This document shows, in pieces, positions 20,668 through 30,899 of a DNA stretch of 64,000 bases. Each line of letters opens with the position of its first letter. Position 1 is the stretch's first letter. The position numbers and the translations under genes were made by a program. The notes beneath the pieces were generated by a model that saw nothing but the letters and a program-made list of their open reading frames with translations, was not told where the DNA came from and did not search any database. This stretch comes from Promethearchaeota archaeon (GTDB taxonomy: Archaea; Asgardarchaeota; Lokiarchaeia; Sigyniarchaeales; SOKP01): NCBI GenBank assembly GCA_019058445.1, contig JAHPZA010000006.1:1164943-1228942 (forward strand), in the 5' to 3' direction.

Positions 20668-21552
20668 TTGTTTAATTTGAAAATTGGAATAATTTTTAAT
20701 AGAATAACATGGGAAATTAAACAGTTAATTAGTGAGATGGAAAAAAATCAAGTTAGTTATAAATTAGTAAACAATCAAAAAATTTACTTTAAATTGACTA
20801 ATGAAAAAGATTTAGATGATAATTTTGATGTAATTTTAGAGAGATCTCTTTCCTATTTAAGAGGATTATATTCTTGCGCAATATTAGAGTCAAAAGGCTA
20901 TAAAGTAATTAATAATTTTGATTGTTTAAATTTAAGCGGCAATAAATTATTAACTAGCTTAAAGTTAATGGAACAAAATATACCTACCCCCCAAACGTGC
21001 ATTGCTTTTAAAAAAGAATCAGCATTAAACGCAATTGAGGCTACTATCAATTATCCGGCTGTTATAAAACCAATAGTTGGTTCTTGGGGGAGGCTTGTAG
21101 CAAGATTAGATGATCATAGCTCTGCAACTAGTAATTTAGAATCTCGGGAGGAGTTAGGGAATATTTTGCAAAAGATTTATTATCTTCAAAAATATATTCC
21201 TACAGAAGAGGAGAATGACCTAAAATCCCCAACAGATTTAAGAGTGTTTGTAGTTGGAGATAAATGTGTGGCCGCTATGGGTCGTTTTCATACGGATAAA
21301 GACTTTAGAAGTAATATCGCTATTGGAGGAAGAGCGGAATCAATTGAAATTACAAACGAATTGAAAGATTTAAGCCTAAAAGCTTCAAAAGCGGTTAAAG
21401 GAGAAATTGTAGGAGTAGATTTAATGGATGATGCGGGAACATTAAAAGTAATTGAAGTAAACGGAACACCTCAATTTAAAGGAGTCGCTACTGCTACAAA
21501 TATTAATGTCGCAGCAGAAATTATAGCTTATCTAATGGATAATTATATTTGA
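20668..21552 (+). CDS. lysX: LysX/ArgX-type ATP-grasp ligase (RimK family)
   Basis: KPIVGSWGRLV, FRSNIAIGG, IEVNGTPQFKG. Confidence 0.88.
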   Translation: MFNLKIGIIFNRITWEIKQLISEMEKNQVSYKLVNNQKIYFKLTNEKDLDDNFDVILERSLSYLRGLYSCAILESKGYKVINNFDCLNLSGNKLLTSLKLMEQNIPTPQTCIAFKKESALNAIEATINYPAVIKPIVGSWGRLVARLDDHSSATSNLESREELGNILQKIYYLQKYIPTEEENDLKSPTDLRVFVVGDKCVAAMGRFHTDKDFRSNIAIGGRAESIEITNELKDLSLKASKAVKGEIVGVDLMDDAGTLKVIEVNGTPQFKGVATATNINVAAEIIAYLMDNYI

Positions 21553-21570
21553 AAAAAAAATTATTTATAT

Positions 21571-22407
21571 ATGTTAGAAATGCTTGTAGTAATTAAAATT
21601 GGAGGAGCTTTAATCGCAAAAAATTTTGAAAATGTAATTCAAGATATTCGCAATATTTACTCGAATTACAGTGAGAAATATTCATTGGTTTTAATTCATG
21701 GTGGAGGACCTCAAATAAACGAGACCCTAAAAAAAATGAATAAAGAACCAAAATATTTTCAAACACCTTCTGGATTTACGACGAGATATACTGATCAAGA
21801 AGCGATAGAAGCAGCTATAATGTCTTTAGGAGGGATTAATAATAAGCGTTTAGTCGAAGCGCTCCAAAAATGTAATATAAATGCATTTGGATTTTCCGGA
21901 ATTGATGGCATTGTAATTGAAGCGGAGAGAAAGGATAAAATATTAGTCCTAATAAATGGAAAAAGAATTATGAAGAGAGGAGAATATTCCGGAAAGGTAA
22001 TCAAGGTTTCTACACCTATTATTGATTTTTTATTACAAAATAAGTATTTGCCAATAATCGGATCTCTAGCCAAAAGTAAAGAGGGAGAAATTGTAAATGT
22101 AGACGGAGATCGAGCGGCTAGCTTCATAGCTCAAGCGTTAAAAGCGGATATTCTAATTAGTTTAACGGATGTTAAGGGGATTTATAGAGATTTTAATGAT
22201 AAAAATACGATAATTAAAACCATCAATACTGTACAGTTAGAGGGGCTTTTAGATAATTTAGAGGGAGGTATGAAAAAGAAAGCATTTGCTGCATTAGAAG
22301 CTTTAAAACTGGGGGTAAAAAAGGTGATTATTTACTCCGGTTTAACAGAAACGCCGATATTTGATGCATTAGAAAATAATTTAGGAACTGTGATAACTAA
22401 TGAATAA
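21571..22407 (+). CDS. lysZ: [LysW]-aminoadipate/glutamate kinase
   Basis: VIKIGG, HGGG, SGFTTRYTD, NVDGDRAA, GGMKKK. Confidence 0.88.
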   Translation: MLEMLVVIKIGGALIAKNFENVIQDIRNIYSNYSEKYSLVLIHGGGPQINETLKKMNKEPKYFQTPSGFTTRYTDQEAIEAAIMSLGGINNKRLVEALQKCNINAFGFSGIDGIVIEAERKDKILVLINGKRIMKRGEYSGKVIKVSTPIIDFLLQNKYLPIIGSLAKSKEGEIVNVDGDRAASFIAQALKADILISLTDVKGIYRDFNDKNTIIKTINTVQLEGLLDNLEGGMKKKAFAALEALKLGVKKVIIYSGLTETPIFDALENNLGTVITNE

Positions 22408-23551
22408 TGAGGCAAAGAGTTTCTTAAGGAAATGTTTAGAAATCTATAGTCCCTCTGGACAAGAAAAGAAATATTCAGAATTTATTGCAAATTACTTAAA
22501 AGAACATGGTTTTAACGTTTCTTTTGATAATATTGGAAATATTATTGCGGAAAAAGGATCTGGAACCCCTACATTACTATTAGTATCACATTTAGATACA
22601 ATACCAGGTGAAGTGCCGGTTATTGAGAAAGAGGGAAAATTATTTGGGAGAGGTGCTGTAGATTGTAAACCTTCTTTAGCGGCCATGGTATATTCTATTT
22701 CCAATTATAATTTTAATCAAATACCTTCGGGAACGATTATTTTTGCGGGTATAGTGAGAGAGGAGGATAGTCTAGTAGGTATCGAAAATTTTATAAAATC
22801 TGATATTCACCCGGATTGTGCAATTTTTGGGGAACCAACCAAATTCAATCAGATTTGTATTGGATATAAAGGAAGGATATGCATTGGATTTAGGATATTA
22901 ACAGAACCAGGTCATGTTGCCAGTTCCTGGCAATATGCTAATGCCATTGAAATTGGCTTAGAAGTGTGGAATGTTATAAAGGGAGTGTGTTGGCAGTTAA
23001 ATGAGATGTACTGTCCAAGAAATTCAGCACTAAAATATTTTAATCAGATTATTCCAAACTTAACCATAATTTCTGGGGGAAACTTAACAAATTCCATTCC
23101 ATCAGAATGTATCATTCAAGTGGATATAAGATTTCCTCCCTCAATTAAAACAGATCTTATTTTAAAAAATCTAAGGCAAAAGATTTTAGCTTTTAAGAAT
23201 GTTTATGAACATCAAGTAGAAAAACAAATTCAAATCCAGGAGAACATTTCAAGCCTCATTGAAGGATTTGAAGAAAAAGGGGATGAAGTAATAATAGGGG
23301 CGCTTAGATGGGCAATTTATAGGACAACCGGTAAAAAACCGAAACTTATAAAAAAAACAGGAACAACTTTTATCAATTTGATTGGATTGTCTTATAACAT
23401 TCCCTCTATTACATATGGTCCCGGAGATCCTAAATTAGAACACACAGATGACGAGTTTATAGATTTATCTGAATTTTTAAAATGTATTGAAGTCTATTCA
23501 AAATTTTATTCTAAGTTTTTTGTAATGTACAAAAAAAAGCATAAGGTTTAA
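22400..23551 (+). CDS. lysK: [LysW]-lysine/ornithine hydrolase (M20 family)
   Basis: HLDTIPG, GRGAVDCK, EE, GEP, YGPGDPKLEHT; overlaps lysZ. Confidence 0.85.
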   Translation: MNNEAKSFLRKCLEIYSPSGQEKKYSEFIANYLKEHGFNVSFDNIGNIIAEKGSGTPTLLLVSHLDTIPGEVPVIEKEGKLFGRGAVDCKPSLAAMVYSISNYNFNQIPSGTIIFAGIVREEDSLVGIENFIKSDIHPDCAIFGEPTKFNQICIGYKGRICIGFRILTEPGHVASSWQYANAIEIGLEVWNVIKGVCWQLNEMYCPRNSALKYFNQIIPNLTIISGGNLTNSIPSECIIQVDIRFPPSIKTDLILKNLRQKILAFKNVYEHQVEKQIQIQENISSLIEGFEEKGDEVIIGALRWAIYRTTGKKPKLIKKTGTTFINLIGLSYNIPSITYGPGDPKLEHTDDEFIDLSEFLKCIEVYSKFYSKFFVMYKKKHKV

Positions 23552-23641
23552 GCATAGATAAAGAAAAAAAAATATAAATTCTATTTTATCCAAGATAAAA
23601 TAGGGGGGTAGGGAAAATTAAAATTCGAGAATGATAGAACA

Positions 23642-26005
23642 TTAAAGCTTTTCTACATCTTTAATCAATATTTTTAATTTTAATTTTGAGGCCAGTTCAG
23701 CAAATTTAGCGAATTTGTCTTGTTTTACATTTACTACATTTTCTAGCGTTAAAATGTTTGAAAATTTTGCGCCATAATAGGTTTTAATTATCTCAGAAAA
23801 GTCATATCTTACATCTTTATTATTCTTGGATCGCAAAATGTTAGTAGATTCAAATTCATCTTTTCGAATTAAAAGAATTTCATTAGAATATTTAAAGAAT
23901 TGGGTATTTCTTAGTTGTTTTAAATCAAATATGATTGTGCTTCCAATTTTTCTTTCATTAAGGATTTCTTTAATATGATTATGTAATTCAGTTAAAAATT
24001 TCGATTTAAATTCCTTTAAATTTATTTTTTGATCTAATAATTTTTCTAATATTTTCGCATATGGAAGTTCTAATCCAACGGTTTCATTTTTTATATTAAG
24101 CAAAGTTAAGATTTGGTTTATTTTATTTTTAGGCTCGGACTTTAATTCTTTAAAAATATAATTTCTCTCTTTTTTTATAAAATCAAAGAGAAATCCTCGA
24201 AATTTTTTGATAAATTGTGAATAATTTGGAATGAATGTTTTATTTGGATTATTTGTCGCAATTTCATTCGCTTTAAAAGGACTCATTTCCTTATTTAAAA
24301 CAGCTTTTACAAGGGATAAGGGATAGTATCCCTCAACAAAACTCATACCTTTTGACACACTATTAATGGCATCTTCAAAAGAGCATTTAGTAATCACATT
24401 TACAGTCTTTATTATATTTCCTTCAATTTTTACGGGAGATTTCTGGCAATAGCATAAATCAAATGGCTTTAAATCGTGAAATAACGGGTTATTTTGGTCT
24501 GGTATGGAAATTTGAGAACCATACGCATTCACAATGCTCCCTTGTCTTGGTTTATTTGCTAAATCCCATTCAATTATAATGACATCATTAATATTCGAGT
24601 AATATTGATCAATATCATAATTATAATCAATATTCTCTCTTAATAGAGAGAATCCATCTATGGGATTGATTTCATAATCTTCAAGGTCGCCCCAAAATTG
24701 TTTTTTGTAGTAAAAAATATCGGGATGAGGACTAAGGTCATCAGAGAATAATTTTTTAATAATAAAGTAATTAATACCGATATCAGTGGATTTTATAGTG
24801 GATTCATTTATTCCGTAAAATCCAATTGATTTAGTTATGTACGCATACACGGGATTATTAAGATTATCATCTTCATGTCTTACAATATATGTATTTCTTT
24901 TTTTCCTAAATTCTCCCCGGGAGGGTATAATATTATATTTTTCCATCAATAGTTTGAGAAAAGCAAACTTCTTTAAATAAACCTTTTTTTCTAATTCCTT
25001 AATTTCTTCCTTATATCTTTTGTACTTATTATAAAATTTATCTTTAGAGATATGTATGATCTCAAATTGCTTTTTCATCAGTTTTAATTTGTCAATTACT
25101 GCAAAATTTTCAATTTCATCAAGAAAATATTGCAAAAATTCATTTTTAGAAGATGTGAGATTTTCAGGAGTAATCAACTCTTTATAGAGGGGATTAATTT
25201 CAGTGAATTTTTCCTCATTCTTCTTAATAAAATAAATAGCAAAATACTTTTCATTAAGATTAGAACTATTTACTAATTTTTGAAATTTCTTAAAAAATTT
25301 GTTAACAAACGAGAAATCTATATATTGAGAAATGATATCTAAAGCCTCAATTACACTTAATATATTAAAAAAGGAATAATCTCGTAATGAATTTAGAAAA
25401 TTCTTAAATCCCTCTTCGATATAATTAATAAATTGTAAAATGTAATCGTTTAAATCATTTTCAAACCCAGACTTTAAAAATTCAAAAAATTCAAGATAGA
25501 GATTGTGTTTAATTGCCCTATTTAAGTAATTTTCAATAATATTTTGGCATTCATATTGATTTATGATAGCTTTATTAAGATAACTTAATCCCTCAACACA
25601 ATTATTCGTTTCGAAACAATTATCTGCTAACAATAAAAAGTTTTTACTTTTCTTTTTAGAACCGAAATCTTCCGAAGTGAGCGAGTACCTTTCAAAATCT
25701 TTAATTATTTCTAATGCTATATGATTTTTAATTAAGAGTAAGAGCTTAATGAAATGGATACATATTTTTTTTTCTCTTTCAAAATGGATTAAAAAATTGG
25801 GACAATCGTGGAAAATCTCGGCCTTTTTTTGGTCAATTACGATATGAAATTCACGATCATTGTCTAAAATAATGGCATTGATCTTTATTGGATTTTCTTT
25901 CAAACGTATAATATTTACCTTATTGTTTGGGAAATTTTTAGATTTTGAATAGAGTTTATCGCCAAATTTTTCTATAAGCACATCTGATAGAGAAATTTTT
26001 ATCAT
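23642..26005 (-). CDS. Large hypothetical protein with N-terminal SWIM-like zinc finger
   Basis: HDCPNF...ICIH pattern resembling SWIM CxC..CxH; 787-aa open frame. Confidence 0.6.
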   Translation of the reverse strand: MIKISLSDVLIEKFGDKLYSKSKNFPNNKVNIIRLKENPIKINAIILDNDREFHIVIDQKKAEIFHDCPNFLIHFEREKKICIHFIKLLLLIKNHIALEIIKDFERYSLTSEDFGSKKKSKNFLLLADNCFETNNCVEGLSYLNKAIINQYECQNIIENYLNRAIKHNLYLEFFEFLKSGFENDLNDYILQFINYIEEGFKNFLNSLRDYSFFNILSVIEALDIISQYIDFSFVNKFFKKFQKLVNSSNLNEKYFAIYFIKKNEEKFTEINPLYKELITPENLTSSKNEFLQYFLDEIENFAVIDKLKLMKKQFEIIHISKDKFYNKYKRYKEEIKELEKKVYLKKFAFLKLLMEKYNIIPSRGEFRKKRNTYIVRHEDDNLNNPVYAYITKSIGFYGINESTIKSTDIGINYFIIKKLFSDDLSPHPDIFYYKKQFWGDLEDYEINPIDGFSLLRENIDYNYDIDQYYSNINDVIIIEWDLANKPRQGSIVNAYGSQISIPDQNNPLFHDLKPFDLCYCQKSPVKIEGNIIKTVNVITKCSFEDAINSVSKGMSFVEGYYPLSLVKAVLNKEMSPFKANEIATNNPNKTFIPNYSQFIKKFRGFLFDFIKKERNYIFKELKSEPKNKINQILTLLNIKNETVGLELPYAKILEKLLDQKINLKEFKSKFLTELHNHIKEILNERKIGSTIIFDLKQLRNTQFFKYSNEILLIRKDEFESTNILRSKNNKDVRYDFSEIIKTYYGAKFSNILTLENVVNVKQDKFAKFAELASKLKLKILIKDVEKL

Positions 26006-26118
26006 ATTATTCTTAAAATCCTAAGTAAATTATATCTGAAATTTAATGAACAAATCAGTTAGAGTTTTATTCTGTTATTTTAGATAATTTTTAATAAAAT
26101 TAAATTTTTTTGTTAAAG
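25965..26118. repeat. ~153-bp direct repeat, copy 1 (upstream region and first codons of the SWIM gene)
   Basis: Aligns with 28091-28243 with only scattered substitutions. Confidence 0.9.
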
Positions 26119-26255
26119 ATCAAAAAGTTCGAGGATTCTTGGCTTTTAAAACTCCAAAAAAGTCGATAAAGTCTGCAAAACTATACTACTTGATAAGATT
26201 AACATTTCCAAATCCAGTATAGATTATGAGATTATCATATTTTAAATCATATCAT

Positions 26256-27737
26256 CTATTTGGTCCCATTAAAGTATTTTCTAATTAAATGTTTTATTTT
26301 TAAATATGAATTAACGGAATAAAGAAATCGAATCGGATTCAAAATGAAAAAAATACCGCGTGATTTTATAATTCGCGGGAAAAATATTTTCCAATTTTTA
26401 AGATATGTATGTTCTTTAAAAGAATAATATAAGAGTTCAAACAATTTTCTCGATTCTAACTCATGAGTTTTGATTACGGGATTAAGTAAAGTATATTTAG
26501 ACCAATCTCTAGTGACTATAAGATCTTTTTCTTCTAATTCTTTTAAAATCTCGGTTCCTGGAAATGGAGTTAAAATACTGGAAACTAGTATATCTACATC
26601 AACTTTCTTCATAAATCTTATTTCTTTTATTATATCATCTTCAGAAGCGTTTAAATCATACCCGATTATCATACTTCCAAGTACAATTATATTATTATCG
26701 TGTAATATTTTAAGTGCTTTTAAGACCTTATTAAATGTTAATCCCTTTCTCATATCTTTTAGCGTTTCTTCACGAACGCTCTCAATTCCTATTAAAACAA
26801 TCCAAAATCCCGCTTCAGCCATTTTTTTTACCATTTGAGGAGATTTTACCACAGAATCTACTCTAATCTGAGCAAAAAAACTCAGATTATTTATTTGCTT
26901 AGTTCTTTTGCATTCAATTATTCTTTCGCATAGTAATTCAATTCTTTTGGTATTAGCGGTTAAATTGTCGTCCACAAATAATATATCAGTAATTTTTTTA
27001 TTTTGAGAAATCATTTTTAATTCATTAATTATTTTTTCAATTGGTCGAGGCCTCCATAATCTTTTGTTAAAATTAGGAGTACAGCAAAATTTACAGTTAT
27101 GAGGGCAACCTCTTGATGTCTCTACCGTTTCTACTCTCACAGTAAAAATTTTATATTTATTATTTTTTGTAAGATGTCTTGCGGGATACCTTATATTTTC
27201 AAAATCTTTAATTAGCTCTCTATCAGGATTATGTATAATTCTTCCATCGGATTTAAAAGAAATTCCTTTTACATTTTCGGGAGTTCCTTTTAGAATCAAT
27301 TCTCTAAATGTTAACTCTCCTTCACCCCTAACAACAATATCAACCTCATCAACTTTTAACGTTTCAACAGCTCTATATGAAGGATGCCGACCTCCAAATA
27401 CGACTATACAATTTGGATTATTTCTTTTTACTATTTTTGCAATATCATAACATGTATTAATTACTGCTGACACAAAAACAGTAATTCCTACGAGATCTGG
27501 ATTAATTTCTTTTATTTTTTTCTTTATTTGCTTATAACTTAAATTATTTACTTTTGTATCGAGAATTTCCACCTCAATATTTAAATCATTTAAATAACTG
27601 GCAATATAGGTTAAATTTAATGGTGGTAAATCCATAGGAGCAAAAAAATAATCTGTATTACCAAAGTGATAATTTGGCTTAACTAATAGGATTTTTCTCC
27701 ATCTGAGGTTTATTTTAGAAGGAATTTCAATGCTCAT
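26256..27737 (-). CDS. B12-binding-domain radical SAM protein
   Basis: PPLNLTYIAS, GGRHPS, RGEGE, TSRGCPHNCKFC. Confidence 0.92.
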   Translation of the reverse strand: MSIEIPSKINLRWRKILLVKPNYHFGNTDYFFAPMDLPPLNLTYIASYLNDLNIEVEILDTKVNNLSYKQIKKKIKEINPDLVGITVFVSAVINTCYDIAKIVKRNNPNCIVVFGGRHPSYRAVETLKVDEVDIVVRGEGELTFRELILKGTPENVKGISFKSDGRIIHNPDRELIKDFENIRYPARHLTKNNKYKIFTVRVETVETSRGCPHNCKFCCTPNFNKRLWRPRPIEKIINELKMISQNKKITDILFVDDNLTANTKRIELLCERIIECKRTKQINNLSFFAQIRVDSVVKSPQMVKKMAEAGFWIVLIGIESVREETLKDMRKGLTFNKVLKALKILHDNNIIVLGSMIIGYDLNASEDDIIKEIRFMKKVDVDILVSSILTPFPGTEILKELEEKDLIVTRDWSKYTLLNPVIKTHELESRKLFELLYYSFKEHTYLKNWKIFFPRIIKSRGIFFILNPIRFLYSVNSYLKIKHLIRKYFNGTK

Positions 27738-28090
27738 TTTAATATCTCAATCCTATTTTTAAAATTATTAAAATTTTCCTTTCGTTAAAAAATCCAAATA
27801 CTTTAAGCGGATTATTATTATCCTTAAAATTTTTTCATCTATTCCGTTAATTGAAAAATGTTGTATAATATCTCATATTAATCTTCTTCTTTCCTTGCTC
27901 TTAATATTTTAACACATGACTTTTGATTCTAGCTATAATATGGAATAATTTTTGAATTTCTGGGGAGATTCCTCATTTTTTAGTATTTGAGGGTTAATAA
28001 ATGAAAAAATAATATATAAATATTTAAATTTTTACTTTTCCATAAGCGAAAATTATCCCCTTTTTTTGCTTATTGAGCAATTTTTCTCTG

Positions 28091-28243
28091 AATTTTTCTA
28101 TAAGCACATTTGATAGAGAAATTTTTATCATATTATTCTTAAAATGCTAAGTAAATTTTATCTGAAATTTAATGAACATATCAGTCAGAGTTTTATTCTG
28201 TTATTTTAGTAAGTTTTTAATAAATTAAATTTTTTTGTTAAAG
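28091..28243. repeat. ~153-bp direct repeat, copy 2 (dead-end copy of the SWIM gene start)
   Basis: Minus-strand reading MIKISLSNVLIEKFREKIAQ*; matches 25965-26118. Confidence 0.9.
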
Positions 28244-28382
28244 TTCTATAAGTCTAGGGATGAATTTTTATAAAGATTGCATAAGAGTTATGCAGAGAGC
28301 AATATGAAAATTTATACCTATAGCCAAGAAGCTTAAAATAGTAATTATATATTAAGCAAGAAATAGAATAATAACCTTGAGG

Positions 28383-30875
28383 TTAAAGTTTTGAATTAAT
28401 TATTTCAGAGATTAAATCAGGAAATTCTTCCCAATCTTTTAAAGTTAATAGCTGCCCACCTGCGATTTTCACAATTTTTTTGGCATCTTCAGTATTAAAG
28501 GAAGTTTCTGGTACTACTAGCACAAAATCAACGCCCATGGAGCGGAAAATTCTTAATTCTTCCATTGCCTGTTTAAGATCGTAGATTTCAGCATCAGTGA
28601 ATAACACATTTAATTTTTCACGAGCACTAGATTTTTCTTTAAATTGACGTCTTGCCCATTCAAGCGCTTTTTGAACCCTCGTACCTCCCCTTGCGGTGAT
28701 TGATAAGAGTTCATCAGCTAATTCTTCTAATTCTTTATCATCACCAAGTTCTTTTAGCACATGAGTGTCCGATTCAAAAAATGTGATACCAAGCTCATCT
28801 TTTTTTAGTCCATAGACTAGCATTGTTGTCGAGATGGCCATTGATGCTAATTTTTCTCCCGTCATACTCCCAGATATGTCTAATTCAAGGCATACGCTTC
28901 TTAATCCTTTTGCTGTTTCAAACACAAAAAAATCATCATAATTAATGTGTTCTAATTTCTTCCCTTTTTCGAGGATATTATTTATGGTCTCTTCAAGATC
29001 AACATTTTCAAAATCATCGCCGATTGCAAAAGGTCTTACAACATTTATAGGAATGGGGCCTGATACAGTGCTTCCAAGATGCGCCCGGGAGTAATAAATC
29101 CCAAGTTCAATAAGCATTTTCTTTGCCAATTCTTTAACTTTTTCCTTAGCTACAGGCGGTAAACTTTTTCTGTGGGTAAACCATTGTTTTAGTAAATTTT
29201 CACCACTTCCGGCCCCTAGACACTGGATTAATTTATTTTGACCCTCCTCCCCTCCGATAAACTGAGCACTTTTTAGGGCATCTTCCAAATTAAAATGACC
29301 GAGAGCACCCAAAGCATCCCTATTGTCAGAAGCCAAGGCACTAGAGATTAGTTCTTTCATCCGATCTTTATTAATTTGGTTTTTTATTTGATTCATTAAA
29401 TTACTTAACCGCTCAAAGTCGCCCATATTTTTATCAATCAATTTTTTTAATAATTGATAATCCGGCTCTATTAATTCAAAGATCTCTTCATCGCTCATTC
29501 CGATGTCTTTTCCAACTTGCTTTATATCTTCTGCATCCGGATTCAAGCCAATATTTCTTAAAAATTCAACAGTATTTTTCAATTCGTTTGCGTTTTCACA
29601 TGATTCTAGAGATTTTTTAATTATATCAGGAAGGTGTTGTTCTAGCTTCTGGCTACAATGCATATTGGCGCAAGAATTGGAGAGCTGTTGTAATTGATGA
29701 GCTAAAGATTTGAATTCTTCAAATTTTCTTTTTTTGCTCATCGCGTCTTGAATCGCGTTTTCAAGCGCCTGATTTAAAAGGTTATTCCATGATTTATTAG
29801 CGAGAGCATTTTTTGTTAAATTTTCAAGTGAAAGATTCATAGGAGAGTTTTGAGAGAGTTGATCGTATTTATCAAGTAATTGAGCTCTTAAATCGGTGCC
29901 AAAATATTGATCTAATGAATTTGTTAGATTATAATTATGGTCAAATGAAGATTGTTGAAGGGACTGATTTAGAACTTTTTCTGGATCGAATTTTGGAGTT
30001 TCTCCTAAATTTTTTGCGGCTTGGAATAATTGATCAAGGTTATTAATTTGATTTTGAAGTTGGTCTTTCATATGCTGCATTTGGTCTTTTGAAATAGCAT
30101 TGGTTTCGTTTAAATATTTTAATGTTTGGATTAAATCTTCAAAGTTATTTGAGTTCATTAAATTATTCAAGTCTTCAGTGATATCTTGATTATTAAGTGC
30201 TTTACTAGTGATTTGTTCCCAGGCCCGTTTTGACTGTTCTTGAATTAATTCATTTAGATCTAAAGCTTCAGCAGCTTTTAAGTCTTCAGGGTCAAGAGAA
30301 TTAATCTGTTGTTCTAATCTTTTTTTAGCTTCATTAAGCAGTTCCTCTAAAGACGATAATTTTTCTTTATATAATTCTGCGTCATCTGAAAAGAAATTTA
30401 AAGCGGATTTATATGGATCTTCTTCCCTATTCTGATTCAGTTCTTCCATGAATTGCTCCATTTTCTGAAGAAAATCCGTATCTATAGATTTAGACATTTC
30501 AATTTCATCTATTAATTCTTGGAATTCATCTAACGAAGATTTTTCTTCAGGAGTTAAAAAATCATCTTCCAAATTGTCGGCATTAAAATCTTCTTGAAAG
30601 AATGAGGTAACTAAATCTTTTTTATAATTAGGAAATAAAATTTCAAATGCAATTTTTTTAGCGATATCTTGATTTCCGGGATAAGAAGTCACAGTACTCA
30701 CTTCGATAAAATCATTAGGAGTAATCGCCCCCTTTCGATAATAGCGTGCCACGATTAACCTGGGAATTGACATAACTTGCCGTGATGAGGGAATTTGGAC
30801 AATATCTGGATGGTTTCTCATCCTTCTTATGAATTCTACACTATATTCACATGGATTTTCTGGAAATACCCCCAT
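28383..30875 (-). CDS. VWA-domain protein (CoxE/ViaA-like MoxR partner)
   Basis: C-terminal MIDAS DISGSM...GGT...FTD; long helical middle region. Confidence 0.88.
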   Translation of the reverse strand: MGVFPENPCEYSVEFIRRMRNHPDIVQIPSSRQVMSIPRLIVARYYRKGAITPNDFIEVSTVTSYPGNQDIAKKIAFEILFPNYKKDLVTSFFQEDFNADNLEDDFLTPEEKSSLDEFQELIDEIEMSKSIDTDFLQKMEQFMEELNQNREEDPYKSALNFFSDDAELYKEKLSSLEELLNEAKKRLEQQINSLDPEDLKAAEALDLNELIQEQSKRAWEQITSKALNNQDITEDLNNLMNSNNFEDLIQTLKYLNETNAISKDQMQHMKDQLQNQINNLDQLFQAAKNLGETPKFDPEKVLNQSLQQSSFDHNYNLTNSLDQYFGTDLRAQLLDKYDQLSQNSPMNLSLENLTKNALANKSWNNLLNQALENAIQDAMSKKRKFEEFKSLAHQLQQLSNSCANMHCSQKLEQHLPDIIKKSLESCENANELKNTVEFLRNIGLNPDAEDIKQVGKDIGMSDEEIFELIEPDYQLLKKLIDKNMGDFERLSNLMNQIKNQINKDRMKELISSALASDNRDALGALGHFNLEDALKSAQFIGGEEGQNKLIQCLGAGSGENLLKQWFTHRKSLPPVAKEKVKELAKKMLIELGIYYSRAHLGSTVSGPIPINVVRPFAIGDDFENVDLEETINNILEKGKKLEHINYDDFFVFETAKGLRSVCLELDISGSMTGEKLASMAISTTMLVYGLKKDELGITFFESDTHVLKELGDDKELEELADELLSITARGGTRVQKALEWARRQFKEKSSAREKLNVLFTDAEIYDLKQAMEELRIFRSMGVDFVLVVPETSFNTEDAKKIVKIAGGQLLTLKDWEEFPDLISEIINSKL

Positions 30876-30899
30876 GATAATATATTCCCTCCGAAACTA

